A stretch of DNA of 63,870 nt, from the NCBI RefSeq assembly GCF_000002075.1, contig NW_004797831.1, forward strand, positions 131-64,000. Direction: 5' to 3'. Below the pieces are notes generated by a model. The model had not been told where the DNA came from. It searched no databases and saw only the letters and a program-made list of their open reading frames with translations. This DNA comes from Aplysia californica (lineage: Eukaryota). The number at the start of each line of letters is the position of its first letter. The stretch's first letter is position 1. Below, piece by piece: positions 1-24,895 of this stretch. Both the position numbers and the translations under genes were made by a program.

Positions 1-633
1 TTATGTTCATTAAGTTATCACATAGAGACTGATACGAATATATGACATATTGACCTGAAAAAGTCGGATCTTATTCAAATTCAAACATCGACAGAGAGAA
101 AAAGAGAGGGGAAGGAGACAAACAAATAAAATAAGATAAGATAAGATATAAGATATGATAAGATAAGATACAGTCAGTTATCAGATGGTAATCATCACCA
201 TAGAATGCCAGGTCTGAAACAGACATCGGCAACCATGGTTTCGGATCCTCTAAAAAAACAGAATAAAAAAAACTCCCCCACAATATCCTAGCGTATCTGC
301 GATACCAATTTGTTCAGGTTTTACCAAAAAGTTTCTTTGGACTTGGCCCATGCCTTGTTTACCTCCTTTCTTTAAAAAAAAAAAAGTGTAGGATGTTCAA
401 AGCCCTTTTTAACATCGAATCGTGTATACCCGAAACCGGATTTGTCGATTCCTAATAATTTGTTCTCATTAGCCCGCCTCCTAAATTATCTAAACTGTGT
501 CGATGGCGCCAAAAAAACACCCCATTTAAAAAATAAAGTAGTATGCATGATACATATTTGCCCGGGTGGTAGACATAGAAGAAGTAGATTGCCGAAGTAT
601 GTTTTTCCTTCTCTTCAGATTCCTTGGTATTAC

Positions 634-2855
634 CAGAGAGTCTGTATAGCGAGAGAGGAAAGCGAGGCGGGCGGTCCGTGACAACAATGCTGGCGGATGC
701 GAGATCGCGGCGCGGCGACCTACTTTCAAAGTAAGAAGGTAAACAACACCACGTGCGCAGGGTGTGGCCCAGTGCTTGATGAACTGTACTGTTAAGTCAG
801 CAAAGACATTACGGGTTAGGGTCTCACGATTCACCACATCACAGCGTCCTCTCGCCTGAACTTGAAATAAAGGGGCCTATTGATGCTTCGCTGGGAAGCA
901 GCATTCAGGATATGCTTTTGGAATGAGGCCTATTTGTTTAATGTTGTGAATGACGTTCAGTAGGACTGACTGGAGGATTGCTGATTTTGTTGGACCACGG
1001 GACAGCACGTACGAGATTGGTTGTCTCCAATATGTGGACAAACCTCGCTCCATGAATACAAGAGCATGGTCAGCATGAAGTTTGGAACGACCAGTTGCAC
1101 CGAAGTCCTCAAAACCTTCAACTTCGTCGTTGGTTGGGTCATATTTGATTCCATGTTTCAGTGACATTTCATCAAACACAATGGCACACATTTTTTCTTG
1201 AGGGCACATCTGCATCACCTTAATCCTGAACAAACGCATGATGTTTTCACAGATCATTGGGCGAATGTTAACGTTGTGCAAGGCTAAAGAAAGGGTGCGT
1301 GGGGTTGGTAGATGGAAGATTTTTTGTAGTAAACTATATCATATGCTTTTTTGCTGGCATGATACAGCAACAGAGCAAAGCTTTTCTCCTGAAATGTCCA
1401 TCTTCGAGCCTCGCTTCCAATGTTGGAAACTCGGATTTGAGTTATAACAAACTTAAATGCTCTCTCGGGCAAATGATGACTTAGAAGTTCCTTCTAATTT
1501 TCAGAAGTGTCATCAGTTGATGAGGTGGTGGTAGCAGTGATAGCGTTTTGTTTAGCTTCGTTGGATAACTTTAACCTTTTCCTCATTCGCCACGTTTTCG
1601 TTCTTTCTGCTTTAAGTTTTCTCTTTGTTCCTGTGTATGACTAGTGGAAGAGCAAGGAACGTTGGTGTTGAAGTCAGAGGTGTGGGGTGGTGAGGATGGC
1701 TGTGACAGTTCCTGGGTTTCAGGCGGTGGTCGTGGTTTAGGACCTGGCCGAGATGGTGTGATTTTAGGAGGAGGATTTGGAACGTCGAAAACTGTAGGAA
1801 TGGCACCCCTTACCAGGCCTGGTCGTTTTTTCGCTGTTTTACTAAAGAAACGACTTTCGAAATGTTCAGAGAACAAGTAATTGTTCTTGCTGAGATGAGC
1901 TGCTGGTTTACCCTCTATGTCCTGTCTCCTGGTGTTCACCACCCATTGTTTACATCTGAATGAGGTATCAATATAACAATTGTAAATGCAAAGTGCCCAA
2001 TAAACAAATAAAAATACAGTGGCTATAAATTATTATGTCAAAGATCATAATACATCCATTTTCAATGTGACAAGCACCATAGTACCGGTATATCATGAAT
2101 AAGTCAACAAACAAAAATCCTCTTCAGTTATATTGGGCATTGCTCAGCTGATATTTCTCCACCTATTACATGTATTACTATTAGCTGTTGTTGTTTTTTA
2201 AATAACAAACAATTTGTGAAATGTTTGTACAAATTCTGCATTATCTTTGCATCTGTTTTTTTGTGGTTTATTTAATCACGTGCTTTCAAATGAATTGTCA
2301 TACTTAAACACATATTAAAACAAAAATGCTTGTATGAAGAAATAGGCAAATGCGGGAAAGGGGGTAGATTATAATTATAATTCTGTAAAAATATGTAAGC
2401 AAAGAGAAAAAAGACTGATACCGGTATGAATTATTTTTGATTTGGTCAGTTTGCTATGCCTAAGGCTCCGTTAGGCTCTTAATTATTTCCTGGCCGAGTG
2501 ATAGTGGGCCCTCTTTATTACTAGATCTAGATTTGATTCTAGATTCTAGATCTAGATCTAGTAAAACCAAATTGAGTTTAAATCTAAATAAACAATAGTT
2601 CAAATAAAGAATTGAAAGCACAGTATAATTCTTATCTTGCAGGATAGGCTGGAAATCTAAAAAATGAAAGGTCGGGCCGTTTATTCTTAGAATTTGTACA
2701 GTTTATCGCAGAGGACCACTTACAATGCGTGTTTTTCGCAGCCATTGTTGAACAGAATGATTCGTGTTTACCGTCTTACTTGGGCGTTGCTATGCGCAGA
2801 GCCCGATACGCGCATCCCGCATCGCTTTCCCCTCTCGGTAATTCTAAGCTCTCTG
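634..2855 (-). mobile_element. Defective P-superfamily (THAP, Galileo-like) DNA transposon
   Basis: Imperfect ~40-bp TIRs starting CAGAGAG (634.. and ..2855). 7-bp TSD GTATTAC at 627-633 and 2856-2862. Contains degraded THAP and P-transposase coding remnants. Confidence 0.88.
877..2745 (-). pseudogene. THAP-domain P-element transposase pseudogene
   Basis: Exon 2636-2745 reads MAAKNTHCKWSSAINCTNS..LSFFRFP with the donor mutated to ATAAG. The exon from 1955 reads CKQWVVNTRR..YLFSEHF..GAIPTVF. 877-1281 reads CAIVFDEMSLK..VEGFEDFG..HALVFM..WRQPISY, the first catalytic Asp region. Stops and frameshifts are present and most of the catalytic domain is deleted. Confidence 0.88.
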
Positions 2856-2861
2856 GTATTA

Positions 2862-3694
2862 CAGTGGAACTCGGATTCAACGAGGTCGTTGGGCCTGACC
2901 TACAATCTCGTTGAATCCGAGTGTTCGTTATAGCAAACACGAGGTTTTGTGTAGATAATTACAGGCACTGAGCAAGCAACGTATAAAGAGAAGTCACAAG
3001 TAGTGTCTGAAATGCCTGCATATTATGAGCTGGGTTTAAAAAAAAGACCCGCTTCGTTCAAATACACACGCCTTTGTCATCTCGATTGTTTACCAAAAAG
3101 TTGTGTTGCTGTGTAGAGCCTAGCATAACGGCAACTTTTGATTTCATAGACCAGCGCACAATTCATTACGTAGATCTACGTCAGGACTAGATCTAGCTTA
3201 ATTATCATTGTAATAATGGTCAGTTGCCGAGGGGGGAAAAAGACTGTGACGCGTTTGTATCTGTGACTGTGACGTTCAAAGCCCAGACCGCTAGTGCGCC
3301 CCCCCCCCCCCCCTTCCCCGACACACACACACACACAGCCTCACGTGTGCAGGCCGCCCATCCGACCCCGACACACGCCAGAGTAGACTCGGGCGCGAGC
3401 CAACAACGCATGTGTTGGTATGAAAAAGGCCCTGATTGGTCGCATGTAATCGGGTAAGTGAATAAAGGTTCACGATGCAGTTGCAATGGATGGTTTCCGG
3501 GAATAGATAAAGTTCGTTCTGGGAGAAAAATGAGCGAAGCCACGTCTGCGTGGGCTGTTCACCCTGGAAGCGACCTCGTTGAATCCGAGCTCGCTGATTG
3601 AAGTGCTCGTTGAATCCGGGTTATATTTATTGATTTTAAAGAAGAAAAAAACCCCGGGGAATCTATCTCATCTCGTTAAATCCGAGTTCCACTG
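2862..3694. mobile_element. Tc1/mariner-pogo (Tigger-like) MITE
   Basis: TA|CAGTGGAACTCGGATT...AATCCGAGTTCCACTG|TA, with subterminal repeats CTCGTTGAATCCG. Confidence 0.85.
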
Positions 3695-4429
3695 TATACT
3701 CAACCCCCCCCCCCCCCCCCAACCAGCGTGCTACTGACTGAAGTTGTCTTTATAGGCTATTCCCAATGGAGAAATATTAACATGTTCTTAAGCACAGTAG
3801 CATTGTAAATGGGCTGAATTATCAATTCAATGTCATGCTCATACTGTGCCGGAACAACATAGGGGGAACTGCTGCTTTTTCTTTCCTCGTCCTTACTATC
3901 GCCATTTTTCCGTCTACTTCTTTTGTATCCTGTTAGTCACCTCTTGTGAACTGCTATTTCCGGGGTACCTTGTTGATAGTCGAAGCAGACTTTGTGCTGT
4001 TGAGGCAAGAGAGGTGAGCAGAGTAAGCCTGATTCCCCGTTTGGACTTCTCTGTTGACATCGACCCCTTGGCGTTCAAATGACCTTACGCAGTTGTGAGC
4101 GCCGTAAAACATTACTCAAACAAAAATGCTCTAAAGGAGAGACATGGTCAGCAGCCTACGTTTGGAATCAAAGAGTGTGTACTGTAAGGGTGAGTCTTAC
4201 TGTTTACACAGGTACGATGACAGAGATCCGATATTCTTTATAGTAGAGAATTTCAAAAGTGTGTTATCTGATCGAAATTTTTTTAGATGATCGCTGCCTG
4301 GCAGCCCACGGGATTTGCATTCAATTTAAATGAGTTATTACATGTATTCTTTTCAGTTTCAATTTCAAGCCAAGAAAATACAGTACCATAGCATTCATCC
4401 AGACTAGTCATGGTCTCAAACTCAAAGTG

Positions 4430-4978
4430 GGGGCTCTCGTGGTCTAGAGATTAAGGTGTTCGCCTCTCATTCAATAGGTCGCAACTGCATAAGGTCATAT
4501 GAGCGCGCGGGACACATTAAGCATTTAGTTGGTAGGAAATTTTGAATTTTGCCCGGGTGGCGACCGAAGCCTACTTTTATCGATTTTGGACCATCAAGGG
4601 ATTTGTAACGTGCGCCACTTGCACACGAGACCCCCAAGACTTTTCACCCTTATCCGAGAAGGCTAGGTGTAGATCTTACCTACCATAAGCCATAAGATCA
4701 GGGATGTGGCTGAAAGACCGCAGTGAGGAGCCAAGGAGTAGCAGAAGAAAGGATGCAGAAAGTCAGGAGCCCATAGGAGGGGGCAAAGGAGGTGAGGGGA
4801 TGGGGGCAGAAAGTGGAGTCGAAAGCAGATGACAGAACATTGTTAGAGAGTAGGAAAGAGTGTGAAGCAAAAGGATACAATTATTAGAGAAGAAAATATT
4901 TCCAGCGCTATCCGGATTCAAGCTCGGGACCTATTGAATGAGAGGCGAACACCTTAACCTCTAGGCCATGAGAGCCCC
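4430..4978 (-). mobile_element. tRNA-derived SINE (Meta-domain-like core) with an inverted copy of its head at the other end
   Basis: Minus-strand head GGGGCTCTCATGGCCTAGAGGTTAAGG..GCTTGAATCC (A/B-box-like), core TTCTCGGATAAG..GGTCTCGTGTGC..GCACGTTACAAATCCC, and the shared tail ATGACCTTATGCAGTTGC. A plus-strand head copy lies at 4430-4480. Related partial copies at ~26600-26790 and ~44050-44160. Confidence 0.7.
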
Positions 4979-5731
4979 AAAGTTTGGATCTGTTCATGGC
5001 AGAGAACAGCTTTCCACACACACGTGCTACCAGTAACCAAACAGGGGCATGATCTTCTTGATGAACATCCTTGAAACCCAGGGAAGGTCGAGCATAATTC
5101 TCTCAAAAGTTGACAGTTTATTTAACACTGAACAATTTTTGAAGCACTTACAATGTCAGTTAGATCTAGGTCCTCACTCTAAGCGTTGAAGATCGGAGGT
5201 GTTACTGGATAGTAAATCAGTAGTAATAATAGTAACATAAAGTACAATGTATTTGAAAAAAGAGGCGAGAGGATTGGTGTTTGATTGTTAAAGGAAAGAA
5301 GGAGCAAACCACTCCAGAGCACATTCCAACCACCCACTAAAAATTTTGAGTTAAGATTATTAAGAAGCGTGTTGCACGTATGTATCCAGCAGTAGTGAAG
5401 TCAGAGTCAAGGACCTTGTGGCTGCCCTTGAAACTCACGGAAATTTTCATCGAGCTCCAATGTCAATATGTCTTGTAAGTTCTATAGTGGACCATAACGA
5501 AGACATCACACACCTCATTGGTGCAGAAGCTCCTTCACACGTATTGAGCTTTCACACCTTCAGTTCTTTTAAAATTTTAAGGGATTCGATAAAAACCAAC
5601 GCATTTGGGACAAACACATATAGAGGAACAGAAGGACAAGTGAAGCTTGCACAGCCTTTTATAATCCTGCAGTTGGAAGTTGAAGGACCGATTTCATGTG
5701 TATAGTGCATACCACACCCTGAGACAATGTA

Positions 5732-5886
5732 CAGTGCAGCCTCTCTATAACGACATCGTCGGGACCAGAAAAAAAGTCGTTACAGAGAAGCAACCAAAAA
5801 TATTACTTATAATGATATAAGAAAAAAATTGGGACCTGGCCACCATGTCGCTCTACAGAGGATGTCGTCATAGAGAGGCTGCACTG
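5732..5886. mobile_element. Short Tigger/pogo-like MITE
   Basis: TA|CAGTGCAGCCTCTCTATAACGACATC...GATGTCGTCATAGAGAGGCTGCACTG|TA. Second copy at 33250-33434. Confidence 0.85.
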
Positions 5887-8800
5887 TACTGCATTTTCAC
5901 TTTTATTACAAAAGTAAAACCAGCATGACTTCACAATCCTGTAGCAAAGCCTCCCTATACTGTGCTGAACGTGGCAATCAAGGGATCACTTAGTAGTCTG
6001 ACACTAAATTACAATATTGCTGAATATTTGAGGTGTTACAAGAGAGTAACGAACACAGAAAAAAAAGAGCAGAGATGAAGACTACAGGTGTTTTGACAGG
6101 ACAAAAAGGAAGAAACCGCACAAGAGCACTCCACATAAAAAGCATCCGCAAACACTGCCCAAATCACTCGTCACCGGGCAGCTTGAAGAAGACACAAAAA
6201 CCCATGTTTATTTACAGTTATTTTATTTATGAATGATATTGTTACAGTGCAGCAAAAGTTTGCTTCTCTGAAGATGTACAGTCAGAACAAGTCGTATTCA
6301 TTAGCCCGCACTCAGTTCAAGCACATTAGCACGAGTTGGTTGTACTTGAACACAAGCTTGAACCATCTTGGACAAGGGACATAAGACAAGGAGCCTGAGC
6401 ATGCGCGCTGCTTCAGCCAGGACCCAATCCTCCTAGGCACCAGGCACCTTTTTTTCACAAGGAACAGTCATGTGAACCTTTGTGGCTGCACTGAGCTTTC
6501 TACAAACACCCCAAACATGTTCACATTTAACCACTGACGTAAGCATTTTCTCCAGAACTCGTTCATGGCCGCCCCTGGAAGGATTGTGTCCGGCCGGAGC
6601 AGCGCCCTGGCCTACGCGAGAGATGTTGGTGGTGTGACTGGATCAAGCTATACAGCCCACATTCAAACTTGTCATTCAAAATATCTTGGTAACGAACAGT
6701 ACATACATGGAGGAATCCAATGGGAAAGAAGGGAGGTATGAATATGAAAAAGGAGGGGAGAGAAAAAAAAATCCCATGAAAAACAAAAACAAAACAAAAA
6801 ACACAGAATCCAGTCATCACACTGAATGCAGCGAATACACAACTATTCCCTTGTGTGAAGAGTATTCTAGTCACAAAGCCTTCATTATCTGCTTTCACAG
6901 AGACGCGGGTCTATGGCGACTACAGCAATTGGAGAGACAAATTAGAGCCAGAAGATCTCAACACACTTGGGTGCATGGGAGCAAACAAAAAAAATCTTTA
7001 AAAAAATTTCCACTGGCTCCTATTGGAAGCAAATCATCTCATTTTCTACAATGAGCAAGAGCAGCGTTATAATTTCAAGAATTACTCCACTTGGAGATTG
7101 TGCTGAGCACAACACAAATTTCAACTACCCCTTTGAAAACTGAAGGCAAAAAGTTATTAAAACAAAGAACAACAGTGACCTAAATAGATCTGAAAAGAGA
7201 GTATTTGTTGTTGGAAGGGAAAGCAGTCAAGACTTCCTTTGCAAAACAAAACGGATAATGATCTATCATTCTCAAAATTTCATACAGGATTAAAGAAAAA
7301 AAAATTATATTAAAAAAAAAAAAAAAAAAAAAACAACCCTCAGAGGAGGGGAAAAAAAGCTTTGTGGAGTCCCAACCAATTGCCAGCATCAAGGGGACAA
7401 GTTTATTCCACAGGGTGGTACACACTACATAGCCTTTACCGATGACGCAGAAAAACCAACAAACGAACAATTTCAGGACACGGAAAGATGCCCAATAACC
7501 AAAAGCAATTGGAATGTCTTGGCACTCTTTCATTTTCCTGTAATAGAAGTCCGCCACACAACTCTATAGCTTACTTATAGGGTGATACACTTTTCAGCAT
7601 GGACAAAAAAATGATGAAATCTTCCTCACACAGAACACATGATGATATGATCAAACATTCTAGACTCAGTCTTGGGGGGCAGAAAAAGAAAAAAATGACA
7701 CGGAACCAACAAATGAGTATAAACATGCATCAAAGAAAGAGCAGACTGATTTCTCAATATTAAAAAAAACCCACACAAACAAAACCCCACAATTTCACTT
7801 CTCCATTCATGAGGCACACAGTATGATAAGCCAATCACATTTGCTCTGTTCAAGAAGTGTGCCAGTGTGAGCATGTCTGGGTAGTGGGATCACAGCACAA
7901 ACTTGAACTATTCTGAATCAGGCAGAAACATATTTATGCTTTGGGAGACTATATATCCGAGATTAACACCAACGGATGGAAAAAAAAAAAAAAAAAAAAA
8001 AAGCCAAAAATGCGAAAAACCCAAAGACCCAAATTTCAAAGGCATGAAAATGTTTTCTGAAGAGTATCCTTAAAAAAAATAAATTAATCCCTTTTTGACT
8101 TCCCATAGAATATCACAAGTTTATACATCAGGGATGGATGACCACAGTGCTCATCCATCATACATTTTTTCTCAGCACACAATAAACACTCAAAAAAGAA
8201 AAAGAAAGAAAAGAAGAAGTAGAAGACAGAAAAAAAGAAAGGAAGAAGAAGAAACAAAGAAAGAAGGTACCACCGACTAGGGCCAAACCACCTTGTGAAA
8301 AAGCATCAAACTTTTTTTTTAGACTGAAATAAATACATGTTATATATACCACAGTAAGTCACAATGTATGGCAGGCCACCAAAAGTCAGCATCCAGAGAC
8401 CAGTTCCTTTTCTCTGAATTCAACGCATCACAACAATCTGCACTTCCCTAAGACAACGCACAGAACAATGGAGGAAAAAAACAAAAAAACAACTTCCCAC
8501 AGAACATGGAAATGTACACTTGTCCAAGATTAATTGTTCCCGGATTTTCAATGAGAGCAGCAAAAGTAGAATCAAGACAACATTCATCACATTCAGCCAC
8601 TTGCACCGATGTTGTACTTATTTAACTCCAAAAAGTTCACTTCCAAGGTCAGCTTTAGCCAAACCACAAAGCATCTGGCTGTTCCTCTGCCGACCTGTGC
8701 TAAAGGAAGCCCCCATATTACTATCAAATCGCCTGTTAAACCCAAGCACTAGGTTTATTGGAAAAAAAAAAAAAATAAATACAAAGGGGAAAAAAAACCT

Positions 8801-9510
8801 TGAGATTTTTTTTCAAAAATGAAGATACAGAAAATATACTGTAAAGGCTGCCCCCAATACAAAACCCAAATCGAAAGGTGAACAATCTTCAATGGGTCAA
8901 AAAGTGGTAAAAAGCAGTGGGCGTGGATAAAAATCTCAGAACTTTTGGATATGACAAGAAGACAAAAAAGAAAGAACGAAAACGAGATGATCTAAAGACT
9001 TCACACAAACACAAGCAATGGAGGGCTTCTGCTCAAAATTATTTCCCTTGAGAGCGCATACTGCGTAAAACCTGCCCATCTAATTCCTGGGGGGGGAGGA
9101 GGAGGAGGAGAGGAGAAATCTTTAAGTAGTCGTAAAGCACTGAACTAAACATTTTAAGGCAGAAATGAAGATAAGATATAAGAGTACGGGGAAACAAAGC
9201 TACAGCTGGGAGAGAAACACATGGGAGAGATAATTGCACTTTAAGGAAAGCAAAATAATACTTTGCTCGCACTAAACAATTTTCTTTGAACAGTTTAGCA
9301 CTGTTATCATGAACAGTAGACTAAAAGGTAGGACAGGTTTCACTCCACTAACTCTTTGTCAGAGCCTAGTTGGGTTTCTTCCAAGAGTGACAATGAACAC
9401 ATACCTCGATGCCCACCAAAAACAAATACAAATACCCACTGAAGTCATTTACGCGAGGGAGGTCTTTAAAAAAAAAAGGAAAAAAAAAAAAAAAAAAAAA
9501 AGTATCAACA

Positions 9511-23066
<13,556 letters not shown>

Positions 23067-24167
23067 TTTTTGTTGGGCGATCCGAAAAATGTGTTTGATG
23101 ACCAGAAGAGGAAAAGCAGATTTACGGCAGTGACCTGTTTACTAAAGCAGACATAAACTTCGCTACGCCTGCAAACAAGATGGCTTCCTCCTTCCGATTT
23201 TGCAATTTTCACTAGAGGGATGGGCGAATTGTATGGTGACGTCATGCTAAAAACGTGGCACTAAAAGAATCTAACTAAATGTCTACGAAAGAATTAAAAG
23301 CAAAAGTAGAGGGCAATTATCGACCCACTGTTGGGCTACTCAGGTTTACTCTGTGTCCCACTCAGAGGTCTTTAACTTTCAAAGAATATTTTCTTCTTTA
23401 ACATATAGATCTAGGCTTACATTATTTTGTCCTTTAAAATTTATTTCTCAGAAAGAAAAAACATTGAAAATGCAATGTACTGCGATCTTTACCGATATGC
23501 TTTCATTGTCATATCTTTTAAAATTAAGTCTAAAATGTTTTCCACTTCACTGGACCTGACTAGACCATTGCACGTTATTGTTTAGTAATCTGTGGTTCAA
23601 TATGCAGAAACTATGAAGTAAACGATAATATTATAATAAATTGGCTCTAGCTATATCTTTAAAAATCAAAATAGCAACTGCATGCAGAGCACATTGAGTT
23701 GTGTTCTAAGAATTTTATAACAAATTGCATCAATACATGAACACATGTAGTTTCGATGATACATTTCTGTTTCCCACGACTAAAAAAAAAGACCCCCCCC
23801 CCCCCCCCACCTCACTTTTATAAAGTGATGTAGCCTACAATTAAGCGTTGGTTGAGTCTATTATATAAAAATATTTTTTAAATTCTATGGAAACCGGAGA
23901 ATTAAGCTATTAAAAATAGAAATTTATAATACAACACACTGATTATAGAGACACACCAGGCTATCACATTTTTTTGAAAGAACAGATCATACATTTGCTT
24001 CTTTTACAATAACATAGACAGCATATTTTTAAATCCCGTTACTTATAGATAAAAGCTCCTTGCAGAAGACACAGTTTGTCTAACCCCATGTATCATAGGC
24101 ACCTATAACTGTGCAATGATTTATAAAATGAATAGATCTATATAAAAACAATTATGATAATAAGACA

Positions 24168-24213
<46 letters not shown>

Positions 24214-24895
24214 TTTTAAAACAATTATGATATCTATTCTACAACTACTAGATCTACTAGATTAGAATCTAGTATTAGATTTACTTTTTAAAAATACGTT
24301 TCGACGCTCAAGCGACAAGAGAAACGGGGTCAAGTGGTGACAATTATATACATGTATATTAAACGGCCTGCTTTTTGTAATAGTTATCAAGCCGGTTCAT
24401 ATTTTTTAGTGGAACGGTGTATGATAATTTCTTTTTATTCAAAGCAATCTCAAAGACCATTAAAAAATGTGATTGACATCTTGTAACTGGACAGAACCAC
24501 AACCGTGGCGTATTTTGCAAAAACGATGAAAAAGTTAAAAAACGAAATCGGCGCACACTCTGTTCTCAGTAGCCGCCGCCCCCTCTTCACAAACGCAGTG
24601 ACGAAGTTCTGTGAGTGATCACGAGTAGGCCTGGCCTAGGCTAGTCACGAGTCACGAGAGCTCAGCTTTCTCGTCAGGTCAAACGTCGGGGTCATGCGGA
24701 TGTTGTGATTCGGAACGGGGGCTGGGCTGACTAGGACGATAGCAGTAAAATTAAGTTTAAACGTGAAGTGCTGCGCGGTGTGTTGGTACCAGAGCGAGAG
24801 TCAGTGTGTACTGTGCTGTGGTGTTGAATTGTCCAGTATACTTTAGCACGTCGTCGTGTATAAACTCAGCTGCTGTGTTAGACTTCCGCTTCAAA
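23067..24895. promoter_or_regulatory. Divergent (head-to-head) promoter region of Rab1 and TMEM179
   Basis: 1.8 kb separates the opposed ATGs. A CpG-richer patch near 23100-23260 holds a YY1-like AAGATGGC (23177), a CRE TGACGTCA (23237-23244) and ACGTGG (~23253). A second patch at 24540-24730 holds three TCACGAG. Confidence 0.6.
24168..24212. repeat. (AAT)n microsatellite between the divergent Rab1 and TMEM179 promoters
   Basis: Direct reading. Confidence 0.95.

Noticed and set aside
634-2855. Domesticated THAP9-like host gene
   Set aside because: TIRs and TSD are present, Zn ligands and the splice donor are mutated, and there are frameshifts and an internal deletion. This is a dead transposon.
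4895-4978. Possible tRNA genes (also ~19600, ~43440, ~17140)
   Set aside because: A/B-box-like motifs are present but there is no proper cloverleaf. Where readable they continue into SINE-like bodies.
5900-9510. Short ORFs in the region downstream of Rab1
   Set aside because: Low-complexity, A/T-run-rich sequence, most consistent with a long Rab1 3' UTR. The poly(A) site cannot be fixed from sequence alone.
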